A stretch of DNA of 64,000 bases from Octopus sinensis (lineage: Eukaryota): assembly GCF_006345805.1 (NCBI RefSeq), contig NC_043003.1:63674001-63738000 (forward strand). The letters are read 5' to 3'. The number at the start of each line of letters is the position of its first letter. Within the stretch, counting starts at the first letter, position 1. Positions 34,687 to 48,184 of the stretch are shown here, one piece after another. The position numbers and the translations under genes are program-made. Under the pieces are notes generated by a model. The model ran no database searches. It had not been told where the DNA came from and was given only the letters and a program-made list of their open reading frames with translations.

Positions 34687-37153
34687 GGAATCCTAGTACC
34701 AGCAGATAAAACGGGTAATATGTATAGAGTTGATTACGATATTTATAGCAAATTAATTAGGAAGGAACTAACTCCAAATATAAAATTACGACTAAGAACA
34801 ATTTGAAAAAAGTAAACATGGAAATGAAAGAGATCATGGAGAAACTAAATTTAACGGATAGAACGGAGCCACTTAAACCGTGTGAGCCCAGGATCAACCT
34901 TAAAGACCACAAAAGAACTTCTTGGAAAACCCTTCGGTAAGGCTGATCTGTCCAACTAAGTCGGACATTGGCCGACTTAGTAAATCTATCCTGGATAGTG
35001 TTCTACCCCAATAACCCCTCTTCTCCCCTTAAACCTATGGCTAAGTACGGATGAAGTTCTAAAATGGTTTAACTCTCTACTAATACTAGTGTCTGTCCTT
35101 TATTCAGTTCGATATTAATAGTTATTACTCTAGCATTTCCCCTATCTTACTCAACAAATCACTAATATTTGCCATGAACGCTCCCTCATATCTAGAGAAG
35201 AAATCAATATTGTGCTACTAGCTAGGAAGACATTTATAGAATTTGAAGATAAATTATGGACTAGAGCAAATACACCTAATTTTTTTGATATACCAATGGG
35301 TTCCAGTGATTCGGCTGAGGTAACCAACCTAGTAGGCGCATATCTATTAAAATGCATAAGCAAGGATATACCAGAAATACAGGGGGGTCTATATAGGGAT
35401 GATGCTCTGTTTATTATCCCTAGTAATAATAAATCTGTTATAGAAAGGATTAGAAAGAAAATTAATAAGTTCTTTAAGGATTTCAACCTCAGTATAACGT
35501 ATGAACCGGGCACTAAAATTTTAACTTCCTAGATATTACGCTAGACCTTAACTCCAAGCTACATTACCCATTTAGATAGGAAGGCGAAATCACGATTTAC
35601 GTAAATAAATTATCAAATCATCCCCCAAATATAATAGAATCTTTAGTAAGAAATATTTCATTAAGAATTTCAAAATTATCATCCAATAAGGATATATTAA
35701 CTCCCATTCTGAGCATTATAATGAGGCGTTAACTAAGGCTGGATACAGCCAAAAGATTACATTCGTTGATAAGGGAACTCACGTATTCCTAATAATGAAG
35801 TTATCAGTAATCACGTAAGCAGCAATACAGACCAAGCCCGAAATAAAAGTAGAATTAATTAATGGTAAACGCTAATCTAGCGTACAGGCCCAACAATTCA
35901 AATAGAAGCATTGACCAGAACATAGGTAACTCGGATAATATTGAAGTAGACAAACCTAAGATGCACACAAATAAAAATAAAAATAAAAATAATGGTAATA
36001 AATACAATAACTCCGGTGAGATGAATAGTAGTAGTTCTACGAACCCTAATTTAATAAAAAAGATATATTATGGCTGAATATTCCTTTCAACTGTGCGATA
36101 CAGTCGGATATACAGAACAATTCAAAGTAATTCTGGAAAAAAATTTCCCTAGCTCTCATAGATATCATAGAATTATATCTAGGAAAACAGTTAGGATTTC
36201 TTATTCAACCCTCCCAAATATGTCCACTTTAATAGCTAAGATTAATAATAAAAATATTAAACTAGCCAGGAAGATAGTAATAAAAATAATATATCAGCAT
36301 GAATACCAATAGCAATTATAACAATACTACCAAACAATAAAAACAGCAATAGTAAATATCAAAACATAGGTGAAATTAGTAACCACAGAATGACTAATAA
36401 CATTAACATTATAGTAATATAACAATGCCGATATTAATAGAAGTAATAATGTTAATAATAGAATTATAGATATAAGGCTAATGGAGAAAATAAGGAGAAT
36501 GAAATATCAGTGATATTTATAACAACAATATGCAGTCGGATAATAAGACTAACATAATAGTAACATTACCAATAATATAAGAAATCATGGTAGGACTTTA
36601 GACCTAAATGATGAAGCTGAGGATCAATAAATAATAGCAATACTTTAGATAGCAGCACCACTATAGAAATGATAATCAAAATAATAGGAACCTAAGACAT
36701 CTACCCAAGAATAATCCAAAGCCTGAAGTTGTTCCTCCTGTGTGTAAGTGTAGAAGAAAATCAAAATGCCCGGCACCTGGTCTATGTGGGGAAAATAATG
36801 TAATCTATAAATGTAACCATATCCACGGAAATAATAAATATCTTACCTTGGATGTACAATTAATTTTCTAGCCAGAGTTAGAAATCACATCTCGTCTTTT
36901 AAATTACGTCATAAAGCTGGTACCACCACACTTTCAAAACAAAATCAGGGAACTCAAAAATATAATAAATTATAACCTTAATTGGAAATAGTTAGGAGAG
37001 CATTCCGTATAAAATAGTAGGGTTGGTTGCCAACTATGCTCCATGGAGACGTATGAAATTCTAAAGCATAGAAAACATAGAAACTTATTGAATAACCATA
37101 TCGAACTAGGTCAAGTTTGTGTCCACGCTAAATTGAAGACTTTAAAATTTTAA
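34687..37153 (+). pseudogene. Frameshifted Penelope RT plus GIY-YIG endonuclease ORF
   Basis: VPADKTGNMY; RINLKDHK; RLICPTKSDIGRLSK; FFDIPMGSSDSAEV; GLYRDD (YRDD 35392-403); WLNIPF..NFPSSHRYHRII..ISYSTLPNM; CKCRRKSKCPAPGLC (36743-87); NVIYKC..YLGCT..RVRNH..SF; NWK; CQLCSME; LLN..E..VCVH; stop at 37151-53. Confidence 0.85.
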
Positions 37154-38621
37154 AATGATTAGAATATTCGTAACTAGATAGATAGATATAACTTGATTTC
37201 TACTAGTATAGCACTGCTTTAAGTAGATAACTAAGTTTTCTCTCACACTACAGTTATCTTTTTCCTTATATCTGCATCAGTTTTTTGAGAACAGGGAAAT
37301 GAATAGTACTTATATGCTGCTTAATTGAGGCCTTATTTAATTTCAAACTCATATTTTTTAAATTCTTATTTTAAATCTTATTGTAATTTTTAATTTTAAT
37401 TCCTAACTTAATCTAATTTAAGTAGCATAACTCTAATAAAATAAAATGAGTTACTATAGCCCCATAATTCTATTTCAAAATTAAATAAATAAGGCTACCC
37501 CCTCGGTGATAATATGATTATCTTCATTATGATAGACAATCCCTAACACCTTGTAAATGATCTTCTAAGATTTGACCTGTAGTCCGTCAATGTATGAATA
37601 ATAAAGGCAACTCCTTAAGACAATAAAATGAATAAATAAATAAGTAAATCTTAATGACTTTTTAATAGGATTATACCTAGATTTTCCTAATGTATTTTCT
37701 TTTGATTTTAGCATCTGACCCCTAAACCCGACTGTGTTATCTCTTTAGATTCTCTTTAAATTCATAGCTGATTTCAACAGCAATAAATAGCTGTTTTACT
37801 GGTCAAAGAATAATATTCTCCTCTAGTTCCTAGATGCCTGTAAATTAAAACCAGACTTGCCGTCTACTGATTCTTCTGTATAACTAGAACCCTCTTTTTT
37901 TTTTTTTTCTTTTCCTTTCTTTTTTCTTTTTTTCCCTTCTTTCCCTATTTCTTTCTCTTTTCTCTTTTTTTTTTCTTCTTCTTATTCTCTTTTTCTCTTT
38001 TAGTCCCCCCCCCCTTTTTTTTTTTTTGCTCCCTCCTCCTTTTTTTCTCTCTTTTCTTCTATCCCTTCCATCTCTATTCTTTGCCTCTCTAGAAAGCCCT
38101 TCAGCCTTTAAAAGTTAAATAGCTACAGCCTCTTGTAAATAGCAGTAATATGATTAATTGGGCAAATACTAATCATATAACAAGAATTGATACCTACCTC
38201 ATTGTGTTCACCATTGATAAATTTATCGCCTGTGAATATGAAATTCCTCTTCATTTCTCTGGAAATTTACATCTACACCATTGGAAATTGTGCATCTATA
38301 CAAAGGATTAATTCACCCTCTCTGTAATGCTAATAAGCAGGAATGAGACCCACCCTCGTTGTGATTAACATGGATAAATTTGTCTTCTGTGAGTATGTAA
38401 TCCCTCATCATATCCTGGAAATTCATATGTGCACTATGGATTAGGTCACTTCTCTGGGTTGCTATTAAAACTTTTTTAAAATTCTGTGATAAGACTGTAA
38501 CATCATCATCTTAAAGACTTTAATGAACTTTTGGATATCTGTTTATGTTTATGTTCTTAATTATCTGCATTTACTTCATGAGTATAGCCTCAACCACTAG
38601 GATCTAGAGAACTCACATGTA

Positions 38622-38711
38622 TTTTAGCTGATGAGTACGGGACACTTTATATGCTGTAATTTTTGCAACTTTTAATAAAGCCTGTCCTTGTATGAAACGA
38701 TTGTACTAAAA
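38622..38711 (+). ncRNA. Type I hammerhead ribozyme with extended stem II (right arm)
   Basis: Stem I TTTTAG/CTAAAA; CTGATGA 38628-34; stem II GTACGGGACA..CTTTAT / ATAAAG..TGTCCTTGTAT; GAAAC 38694-98; loop GATT; GTA 38703-05. Confidence 0.72.
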
Positions 38712-39164
38712 ACCTATCCATTCTTGTTGCTCTTTCTCGCTTATAATCACCCCACATTACTGTATTGTTAAAACAGTATAGTTTTTTTTTTTTTTGGTGG
38801 TCTCTAAGTTAGGTACCATATTCAAGTAAATTCATTTAATTAACTTGAATCTTTATTGCTTTTTTGTATATATATATATAATATAATATATATATATTAT
38901 AATATATATATGTGGTGTGTGTGTGTTGTGTTGTGTGTGTGTGTGTTTGTGTATGTGTGTGTGTGTGTGTGTGTGGTGTGGTGTGTGTGTGTGTTGTGTG
39001 TGTGTAGTTGAATTTATAGAAAACAAAAGATGGAGTCAGATGTATGACCAACAAGCAGGTGGATTAGTTTGAATGGCTTGGCAAAAATGAAAATGTCTTT
39101 TACGTTTCGAGCCTACACTCTTCACCAGAAGGGAGTAAGAGGAAATACACAAAGAGAGTTTCTT

Positions 39165-39580
39165 ATTTCTTTACTGCCCACAAGGGGCTACACACAGAGG
39201 GGACAAATAAGGACAGACAAGCGGATTAAGTCGATTATATCGACCCCAGTACGTAACTGGCACTTATTTAATCGACTCCGAAAGGATGAAAGGCAAAGTT
39301 GACTTCGGTGGAATTTGAACTCAGAACGTAGCAGCAGACAAAATACCTATTTCTTTACTACCCACAAAGGGCCAAACACAGAGCGGACAAACAAGGACAG
39401 ACAAACGGATCAAGTCGATTACATTGACCCCAGTGCGCAACTGGTACTTAATTTATCGACCCTGAAAGGATGAAAGGCAAAGTCAACCTCGGCGGAATTT
39501 GAACTCAGAACGTAACGGCAGACCAAATACCGCTAAGCACTTCGCCCGGTGGGCTAACGTTTCTGCCAGCTCCCCGCCCT
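39165..39580 (-). mobile_element. SINE family A internal dimer
   Basis: Two reverse-complement bodies; head ends at CTGCCAGCTCCCCGCC. Confidence 0.9.
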
Positions 39581-39879
39581 AGACAGAGAGAGTTTCTGTG
39601 TATCAAATCCACTTACAAAGCTTTGAACGGCCCAAAGCTACAGCAGAAATCACTAGACCCAAGATACCACGCACTGGGACTGAAATTGAATCCATGTGGT
39701 TACGATGCAAACTTCTTATCGCAGTGCCACGTCTGCACAGATATTGAATTTTCATGATAATTGTTTGAAAACGTGAGGATTATATCAGGAAATTATGTTG
39801 TAACTTGGCGCAACATCAGTTATGTTTCTGCTTACTGATAATACGATGTCGAATTCAAATTTTAATTATTTTGATATTC

Positions 39880-40300
39880 TATCTTTTACGAGATATTTTA
39901 GTCATTGGACTGCAATTCGGCTGGAACTGCCTTAAAAGGGTTTAGTCGAGCAAATCCTAGTACTATTATTTTTAAATCAAGTACTTTTATTCTGTCTCTT
40001 TTGCCGAACCGCAATGTTATGGAGAATTAAACAAGCCAACACCGGTTGTCAAGCAGAATAGGGGGACAAATACAAAGGTACACGCACATACAGAGACACT
40101 CATAGACACATAATCACATACATACACACACACACACTTACACGCACGCGCATACACACACATAGTTTCCGTCTACCAAATTCATTCACAAGGCATAAAC
40201 GGTCATAGAAGACACTTATGCACGGTGCTGCGTAGTGGGACTGAACCCAAAACCACGAGATTACAAAGCAAGCTTATTAACTGCACAGCCATTCCTGCGC
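39880..40300 (-). mobile_element. SINE family B, degenerate
   Basis: GTCATTGGACTGC..TTGCCGAACCGC..GTTTCCGTCTACCAAA..GGGACTGAACCC. Confidence 0.7.
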
Positions 40301-41188
40301 CATATTAAATGTCAACGAAAATTATTTAAAAAGACGAGATTTTAAGAAGGAAATTATATTAGATCTTGGCGCAACTGCAGTAATGTTTCTGCTCACAGGT
40401 AATGCAGCTAATATCTACCGATATTTTGGTTTTTGAAAATACGTTTAAAATATAGCTATTGGGCCTGGTTTGAATATTTTTATTTCTAAGGATATTCGTG
40501 ACCCCATCATCTCCCATAGTTCCCCCTCCCACCACTGACATTTGTCACATCCTCTTAGGTTAAAACGATTGCGTAAATGTAACGGGACCCAGATGAATCT
40601 AAACTCGATATTATAATAATTACAAACAATAAATTTTTTGCCTCAGTTATCTCATGCTGGCGATTTCTAATAAGAATGAAATGGTTCTATACATAATTAA
40701 GGTATTTGTAATAAAGTAAGAGAAAACAAATTAAATATGTATATTCCCTGTATCTTCTTCCTTGTTCTTCGATTTAAATTCAAATTTCTAACTCGGCCAA
40801 CATTCATTTAGGGATGATTATCTCCCTTACAATAACTGACCTCCAGGGCACGCGACGAGTTTGAAATAGTGAAACGTTCATATTAGATTGAAAACTTTTG
40901 TTACCAGGATAAAATTACAAAAGGGAGCAATAGGATATATATACTGTAAGACGAAGGGCTGCACGTTCTTTAGTTATTTAGTTAAATTTAGCTACCGTGA
41001 CTAAGATCATACTGGAGCAGCGCTTATGTGATCTAAATTCAAAAAACAAAAAACAATAAAGCTGCTTGACGAGTATTTCATAATGTAAAATAAACAACCC
41101 TGAAATGAAATGGTGTGGTTGGTAGAGTTGTTAATAGTAAACGGAATGTCAATGTTGATGTCGGTGTAATTAATCTGTAACACAGCAG

Positions 41189-41233
41189 GTCTCCGAACTG
41201 GCGGAGCCGAGCGAAACCCAGCATGTAGCTAAG
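41189..41233 (+). CDS. Weak candidate 45-nt symmetric exon
   Basis: ..ACAGCAG| GTC..AAG |GTAACT; phase-0 VSELAEPSETQHVAK; strong donor, weak pyrimidine tract. Confidence 0.25.
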
Positions 41234-42244
41234 GTAACTTATTGAAACTGTTCAAAATCTATTTATGTGATGTGACTAAAAATGGCGTGAAACAGAACAT
41301 TTTCATTCGGGCTAGCAGCCAATAAGTACAACAAGGCAAGCCTTTAGTCTTCGGTTGTCATATTTCTTCTCTTCATTCCAGTGAACACAACAACGTAACA
41401 CAACAGTAAATAGACTGCCTACTTAAAAGCATGGCACGTCAGTTAGTTCAAGGACCACATTGTCAATTGCAATAGATCATTCAACGAACGAAGATATGTG
41501 TGCAGTTATATAGAACGTTGTGAAACACTCTCTGAAAAGAGTTGTTCAGAGATATCATATACAGCAGCAGATGGATCGGTGCAATGCGTTTTAATTATAT
41601 TCTTTATACAAAGACTGAATACGATATGGTAAAATGGGTACTTCTATATATTTCCCATGACACACAGCAGAATGGTGGAAATTGAAGAAATATTAATAAA
41701 ACATCGAAGAATTGGTGGATATATTTATTTGTTGTATTTTTCTTTGCCTTTTTTTTTAGTGCAGATTGCTTGTGAATTATTCGAGTTACGTGAATAGCCG
41801 TCTTAAACTGAGCGTGCGAATACATGTGGATGCATATGTATATATATGTGTGTGTATGTGTGATGTGTGTGTGCACATATACATACACGTATATGCACAC
41901 GTTTATATATGCGTAGTGTTTCGGCGTGTGTGTGTGTGCGCGCGTGTGTGTGTGTGTGCGCACGCGCGTGTGTGTTTTCTCCTTTTGTGTATTTGCATGT
42001 GTGTAAATATGACTGAAGAAAATAACCAGGCTCGCACGCACACGATGCACATGCACACACACGCACACACATATGCACACACACACACACACACATGCCT
42101 CTTTCACTAGCATGGCTGTTTAGCATCATCATCGTCGTATATGTGTGCGTGTGTATATATGCGTATATACATACGTTTTATATATGTACATATATATACG
42201 CTATATATGTGTATGGGTGTGTATGTATATGTATATATATATAC

Positions 42245-42830
42245 TTTTATTCTTTTACTTTTTTCAGTTATATGACTATAGCCATGCTGGAGCACCGCCT
42301 TTAGTTGAACAAGTCGACCCCAGGACTTATTCTTTGTAAGCCTAGTACTTATTCCATCGGTCTCTTTTGCCAAACCACTACGTTACCGGCACGTAGACAC
42401 ACCAACATCGGTTGTCAACCGATGGTGGGGGACAATCACAGACACACAAACATATATATATATATATATTACGGAGATGTACTTGCATAGATAGTGACCT
42501 AATCTGAGATCGTGTGCTGGAACGAAAACAATTGCGGCGTGGAAGGTGTTTATAAGCCATTTAAGAAACACAATTCCGAGCTGCATGGAATTTTGTCAGT
42601 GATCAGGTTGCGGTCTCAAAGCGACGAAAAAATTTTGGCAAATTAAATTTAAATGTTGAAGTGAATCTAACGGTTTTTGTGTGTTTCATAAATGGCTTAT
42701 AAACACCTTCCACGCTACAATTGTATAGAAGACACTTGCCCAAGATGGGACCCAGTGGTTCTGAAGCCGGAACCATATGGTTGGGAAGCAAGCTTCTTAC
42801 CACACAGACACGCCTGTGCCTATATATACA
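42245..42830 (-). mobile_element. SINE family B interrupted by an inverted-repeat element
   Basis: SINE tail at 42245-42440 and head at 42725-42830; the insert carries ~45-bp inverted arms at 42529-42572 / 42680-42723. Confidence 0.75.
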
Positions 42831-43735
42831 TTTTATGTATATGGGTGTGTGCATGTATAGCAATATGTACGTTTTATATATGTATATACATACATATATA
42901 GATATGTATGTAAACAAATGTGTATGTGTATGTGTGTGTATGTGTGTGTGTGTGTGATGTACGTACGTATGTATGTATGTATGCATAGATATTAAGACAG
43001 AAAATTATATATACACATACAGAAGAACAAATTCATGCACATAGAAGCATATGTATATGTATATATGCATATACATACACGCTGAGAAAAATATACATAT
43101 ATACATACTAACATATATTCACGTACTCATAAGTATGTGTGTATGACAATGATTATATACATGCAAAACATGGGTTTCATAGATTTTACATTTGATCTAA
43201 GTCCTGCTAAATATAAAAATCTATCCAATGACCCGCAGGCTTAGTTGGACTGTTTTAAGCCGATGATTCTGATAGGCGGAAACATGTCCATAGTTATTCT
43301 CTTGCCTGCAATGGTCACCTTATAGTTTTCGTGCGTTACTCACCTTGAGAAAGTAATTCTTAATTTTTCGTAACCATTGCTAGGTTTTTATTGTCTTTCC
43401 CCAATTAAGAATCGTTCTGATGACAGAGTTCACTTGATCATCATTGAACTTAGTTATCCCAACTCATGTTGTTGGTCCCCATATATATATAAACACGCAA
43501 TAAGTCGAAACAGGGGCAGCTGAGGAAGGGGAATGTTCCTTGTGTTGTATGTCTTGTACTCTGTGTTTTCTTCGTTAATAAAAGTCCGTTTCCATGTTTT
43601 GTTTTTATGTTTTCGTTTCTCGTTGTGTTCTACGTTTTTTTGTGGTGTCCTGTTCCCATATATGCATGTATATATACATATAGATGTATGTACATATATG
43701 TATGTATGCATATGTTTTATTTATTAAATTGTTAT

Positions 43736-43766
<31 letters not shown>

Positions 43767-43943
43767 CACACACACACACACACATACCGATTCATGTATG
43801 TATATGTGTATATTTATAGTTGCATGGACTCGCATTGAACCACGAATGTATCAATAAAGTTTTGTGCGTGTAAATATATATACATACACACATACGCGAC
43901 ACGACACATACAAATTCACACGCATGTGTGAGTGTGTGTTTAT

Positions 43944-43993
<50 letters not shown>

Positions 43994-44199
43994 TTTCATC
44001 CACAATGGATACGAACGCCATTTCTCACGTGATCGGCTTGAAAAATTGTTAAGATATTAAGATATTTTTCTTAACATGAAACCAATGGTAGCGTTAATAC
44101 ACAAATAAAAAAAATTTATCCAGCAATGTGGTGTTGAGCACTAATTCACATTGTTCGATATTTGCACACACACGCACACACGCACACACGCACACACAG

Positions 44200-44337
<138 letters not shown>

Positions 44338-44516
44338 GAATGGATGGATATGCATACATATATATTACGAGTGAGTAAGTGAGCAATCTCAACATATAGG
44401 GTTCGATCACATGTGTTTAATAACAGTTTGACTCAACTCCATATTACTGTTAGTGCTTGTCTCCTCAATAGAGGGAGTGTCGCCGCCAATTTTGGTACAA
44501 CAAATAAGGTGCTCTT

Positions 44517-45130
44517 TACATTGAAGAATCTGGCTGACACCATGCCCATCGTTTTCGGGAGAAATTTCGAAGCATACTATTACGTCGTTACCCACTTCAA
44601 CACTACAGGCCATTCCATCACTCATATATCAGAATGCGCCATCTCCGCACACAATGGAACCATATTCTCAAGGAAACAGAGGGAACAACGTTTCATATTT
44701 GAACTTGGTACGATGTCACTGACAGGCTTCAATGTTTTTCTTTCTACCCCTACATCTTCTTTTCGTTCATTAAACACATTTTTATCCTCCAACTGCTTTC
44801 TCACCTTATATTTCATTTCACTTCATTTTCACCATCCATCCGCTTCTCCGTGTTCCATTCTGTTTTCTTTGTACCTTTCTCCCTCTGTTTCTGTCTCCAA
44901 CCATTTCTTGTCCTCTTATGAAGCATCCGCCGTCTCGCCTTGCTTGCCAGTCGCAGCCAAGTATTTTAACTTAAATGATATACAATGCTTCTGCCTGTTA
45001 TTAACTTTACTCCTGTCAATTATACGCCGAAGAAAGACTTATTCCGAAACGTTGGATTTTCCAACCTCCACACCAAGTCCACTCTACTGCTTTTATCGAT
45101 TTTACGAAATAACACAAGTCTTGCTGCTGC
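44517..45130 (+). pseudogene. 5'-truncated Penelope-like remnant: GIY-YIG C-terminus plus 3' UTR
   Basis: YIEESG (cf. YIGETG), RFREKFRSI (cf. RFREH), HFNTTGHS, RKQREQRFIFELGTMSLTGFN; decayed HHR-like CCGAAGA..CCGAAACGTT at ~45026-52. Confidence 0.7.
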
Positions 45131-45879
45131 AGACCAACACCAGTCTCTTTAGAATTTGTTTGATCATATGTGTGTATGTGTGTATACACACATATACCTA
45201 TACATATACGCATACAAAAATATATACATACATACACTTAAGAGATAGGCTATTTTAGAAGGAAAAGGTAGGGGCGAAATATGATAAATGTGGAGGGTTT
45301 CTCAGATGTTGTCCTCCACTTTGTGTGTGTGTGTGTGTTCCCGTATCTGCACAACCACTCTTCCTTAACACTTTTCCGAACTCCCCGCCCTATAGAACAA
45401 TATTCCCACCTGTTTTCCACCCCACCACCCGCATTTTTCTTTTTCTCTCAATGACTGTTTCTTTTCCTCGCTCTCTTTTTGCGTCTGTCTTTCTTCTGGT
45501 GAATGGCTAGCGCCCAAAACGTTGGGTACTTCTCCTTCCAAAATAGCATTAAGCTAATATTGTATTTATTAAACCTTGTCTTTCGTGTGTTGTGCCCATT
45601 TATTTCTCATTGTATTTACACTATATACATGTGGGTATGACAGGCTGTGCATGTATGTATATTTATCTACACACATGCACACTTTTGTTCACATACAAAT
45701 AGATTTATATACACACGCACACATGACTAGACACATAAATTTATAAGCATAAGCACATACACATATACGAACAGTTATACATATACACCTAATACATGCT
45801 TATATATCTACACATACACCCACTGTATAATACGTGTAGATGTGCATACATTTTTACACCTACATACAAACATGCGTAA

Positions 45880-46030
45880 ACACTTATACGTTTTTCAGTT
45901 TGTACTTTGGCCATGCTGGGACACTAGCCAATCACATCAACATCAGTACCTTCTATCGGTTTCGTTTTACTCACCTGCAAATTTACAGGGACGTAAGCAA
46001 ACCAACACCGGCATTCAAGTGGTCGAGGCT
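45880..46030 (-). mobile_element. SINE family B 3' fragment
   Basis: GGCCATGCTGGG..GGGACGTAAGCAAACCAACACCGG. Confidence 0.6.
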
Positions 46031-46139
46031 TTGCATATCTGCGTCAGTGTATCAACTTTTTGTTGTCATTACTTTTTTGTTATTATCTTTTTGTTCTCTC
46101 TCTCCCTTCATTTCTTTCTTTCTTTCTTTCTTTCTCTCT

Positions 46140-46490
<351 letters not shown>

Positions 46491-46599
46491 TGAACGTGAA
46501 GGATTGCACTTGACAGCAGTTAGCGAATGGCTAAAGGATGATAAAGAAACATGGCTGCTGTAATGGATTGATTGGCGAAATGAGGTAGCAAGCAGCGTG

Positions 46600-47470
46600 G
46601 TTGAGCGGCAGTGATGGTAATTGAATTGTGGTAGCGGCGGTGGTGATGGTGGTGGTGGTGGTGGTGATGGCGGTAGGCGTGGTGGGGTAGGATGGGTGTC
46701 TGTGGGGTGGGTTGGGTTTTAGATGGCTGTTGTGGCGGAGGCGGTGCTGGTGGTGGTAGTGCTGGTGGTAGTGCTGGTGGTAGTGGTGGTGGTGGTGAGG
46801 TGGGCGTCTGTGAGTTGGGTTGGGTTTTAGATGGCTGCGGTGTTAGAGGCGGAGGTGGAGGTGGTGGTGGTGGTGGAGGTAGTAGTCGGTATGTTATTGT
46901 AGTGGATAATGGCGGTAATGGTGATGATAATGATGATGATGAAGTTGATATCATGACCACTACTACTACTACGATGACGATGACGACGACGATGAGGACA
47001 ATGATGATGACGTCGACAACGATGATGACGATGATGATGATAACGATAATGATGAATACGACATCGATGATGATGGAGTTGATGACGACGACGATGATGA
47101 TGATGATGATGACAATGATATGATGATGATGATGATGATGATGACGACGACGACGATGATGATGATGATGATGATGACAATGATACGATGACGACGACGA
47201 TGACGGTGATTATGAAGATGAAGCAGATGATGACGATGATGATGATGATGATGATGATGATAGAAATTGAAACTGTGATGATTTCTGGTTAGTAATTGTA
47301 AAGGCGTTAGTGGTAGCGTAGTTGCTTATTAGTGATGTTGGTACAGCTGGATGTGGGTCAGTGACGATGGAGATAATGGTTGTGTTGTTGTGATGATGAT
47401 GATGATGATGATGATGGTGGAGAAATTCGGTTGGTGTTGTTGTTGTTGTTGTTGCTGTTGTGGTAATTGT
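46600..47470. repeat. Low-complexity (GGT)n/(GAT/GAC)n/(GTT)n tract with an internal ~35-bp duplication
   Basis: TGGGTTGGGTTTTAGATGGCTG occurs at ~46708 and ~46816. Confidence 0.9.
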
Positions 47471-47744
47471 CGTGATAGTAACTATGGGGAGTAGCGAATG
47501 TGTTTATTTATTTGTTTGTTCGTTCATTTTGTTTAAGGTGGTGTGTCTGGGATGATGGAGGGGGGTCGTGCCAAGATGGTGGCGGTGATAACTGGGAAGG
47601 ATGAGTAAATAAATATATGCGGTGTCAGTGGCGGCGGCGATGGGTGTCTTCCATCGGACAGCAACAGCAAAGCGTTTGTGTCTTGATAAAGTATCGCTAA
47701 CGAATGCTGAAGGGTGAGTTAAGATAGAAAGAAAATAATGTGGC

Positions 47745-47880
47745 GTGGCTATGCGGTTAAGAAACTTGCTTTGAAACCACGCGGTTTTGAGTTCAGTCCC
47801 ACTGTGTCGCACTTAGGGCAAACGACTTGTATTATATCTCTGGGCTAACCAATGGCTTGTGAGTAAATTTGGGAGACGAA
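47745..47880 (+). mobile_element. SINE family B head
   Basis: GGCGTGGCTATGCGGTTAAGAAACTTGCTT..GAGTTCAGTCCCAC. Confidence 0.7.
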
Positions 47881-48184
47881 CACTGGAAAATCGAAGTATG
47901 TATCGTCGCTATTATGCAAAAGTGTCGTAAGTCCAAAACGCTGCTTTTTCAGAAAATGAAAGAATAGTTTCACCATTCCATAGCAAAACCGTTGTACTAC
48001 AATTTGACAGGATTTGATATTTTGGCATCTGAAGCAGCTGGAGATACAATAGTTTAATCAAAAGAACCGGCTATGAGAAGCAAAAATTAATATTGAAAAA
48101 AAACGCATTTGGCCAAATTTGGACATACGACAGTTTAACATAATAGCAACGATATATAATATAATATTATATATATATATAGGG

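Larger units (their letters stand above)
34408..38850 (+). mobile_element. Near full-length Penelope-like element with inverted pseudo-LTRs, inserted in (TA)n (Hydra-clade-like)
   Basis: About 200-bp inverted ends 34408-34612 / 38540-38740; (TA)n flanks at 34371-34406 and ~38868; decayed RT-endonuclease ORF inside. Confidence 0.85.

Noticed and set aside
43338-43346. Perfect minus-strand donor AAG|GTGAGT
   Set aside because: A single 9-mer is expected by chance in 128 kb of two-strand sequence, and no convincing upstream acceptor or ORF exists.
43495-43545. GAAAC..CTGAGGA as a permuted hammerhead
   Set aside because: Only 8 nt separate the motifs, leaving no room for the cleavage triplet and stem I.
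44413-45258. 281-aa ORF as a host gene
   Set aside because: It is a chance-open frame running through a Penelope GIY-YIG remnant, its pyrimidine-rich UTR and a microsatellite.
45495-45525. CTGGTGA..GGC/GCC..CAAAACGTT hammerhead-like motif
   Set aside because: Two core positions are altered and stem I is absent; at most a dead relic.
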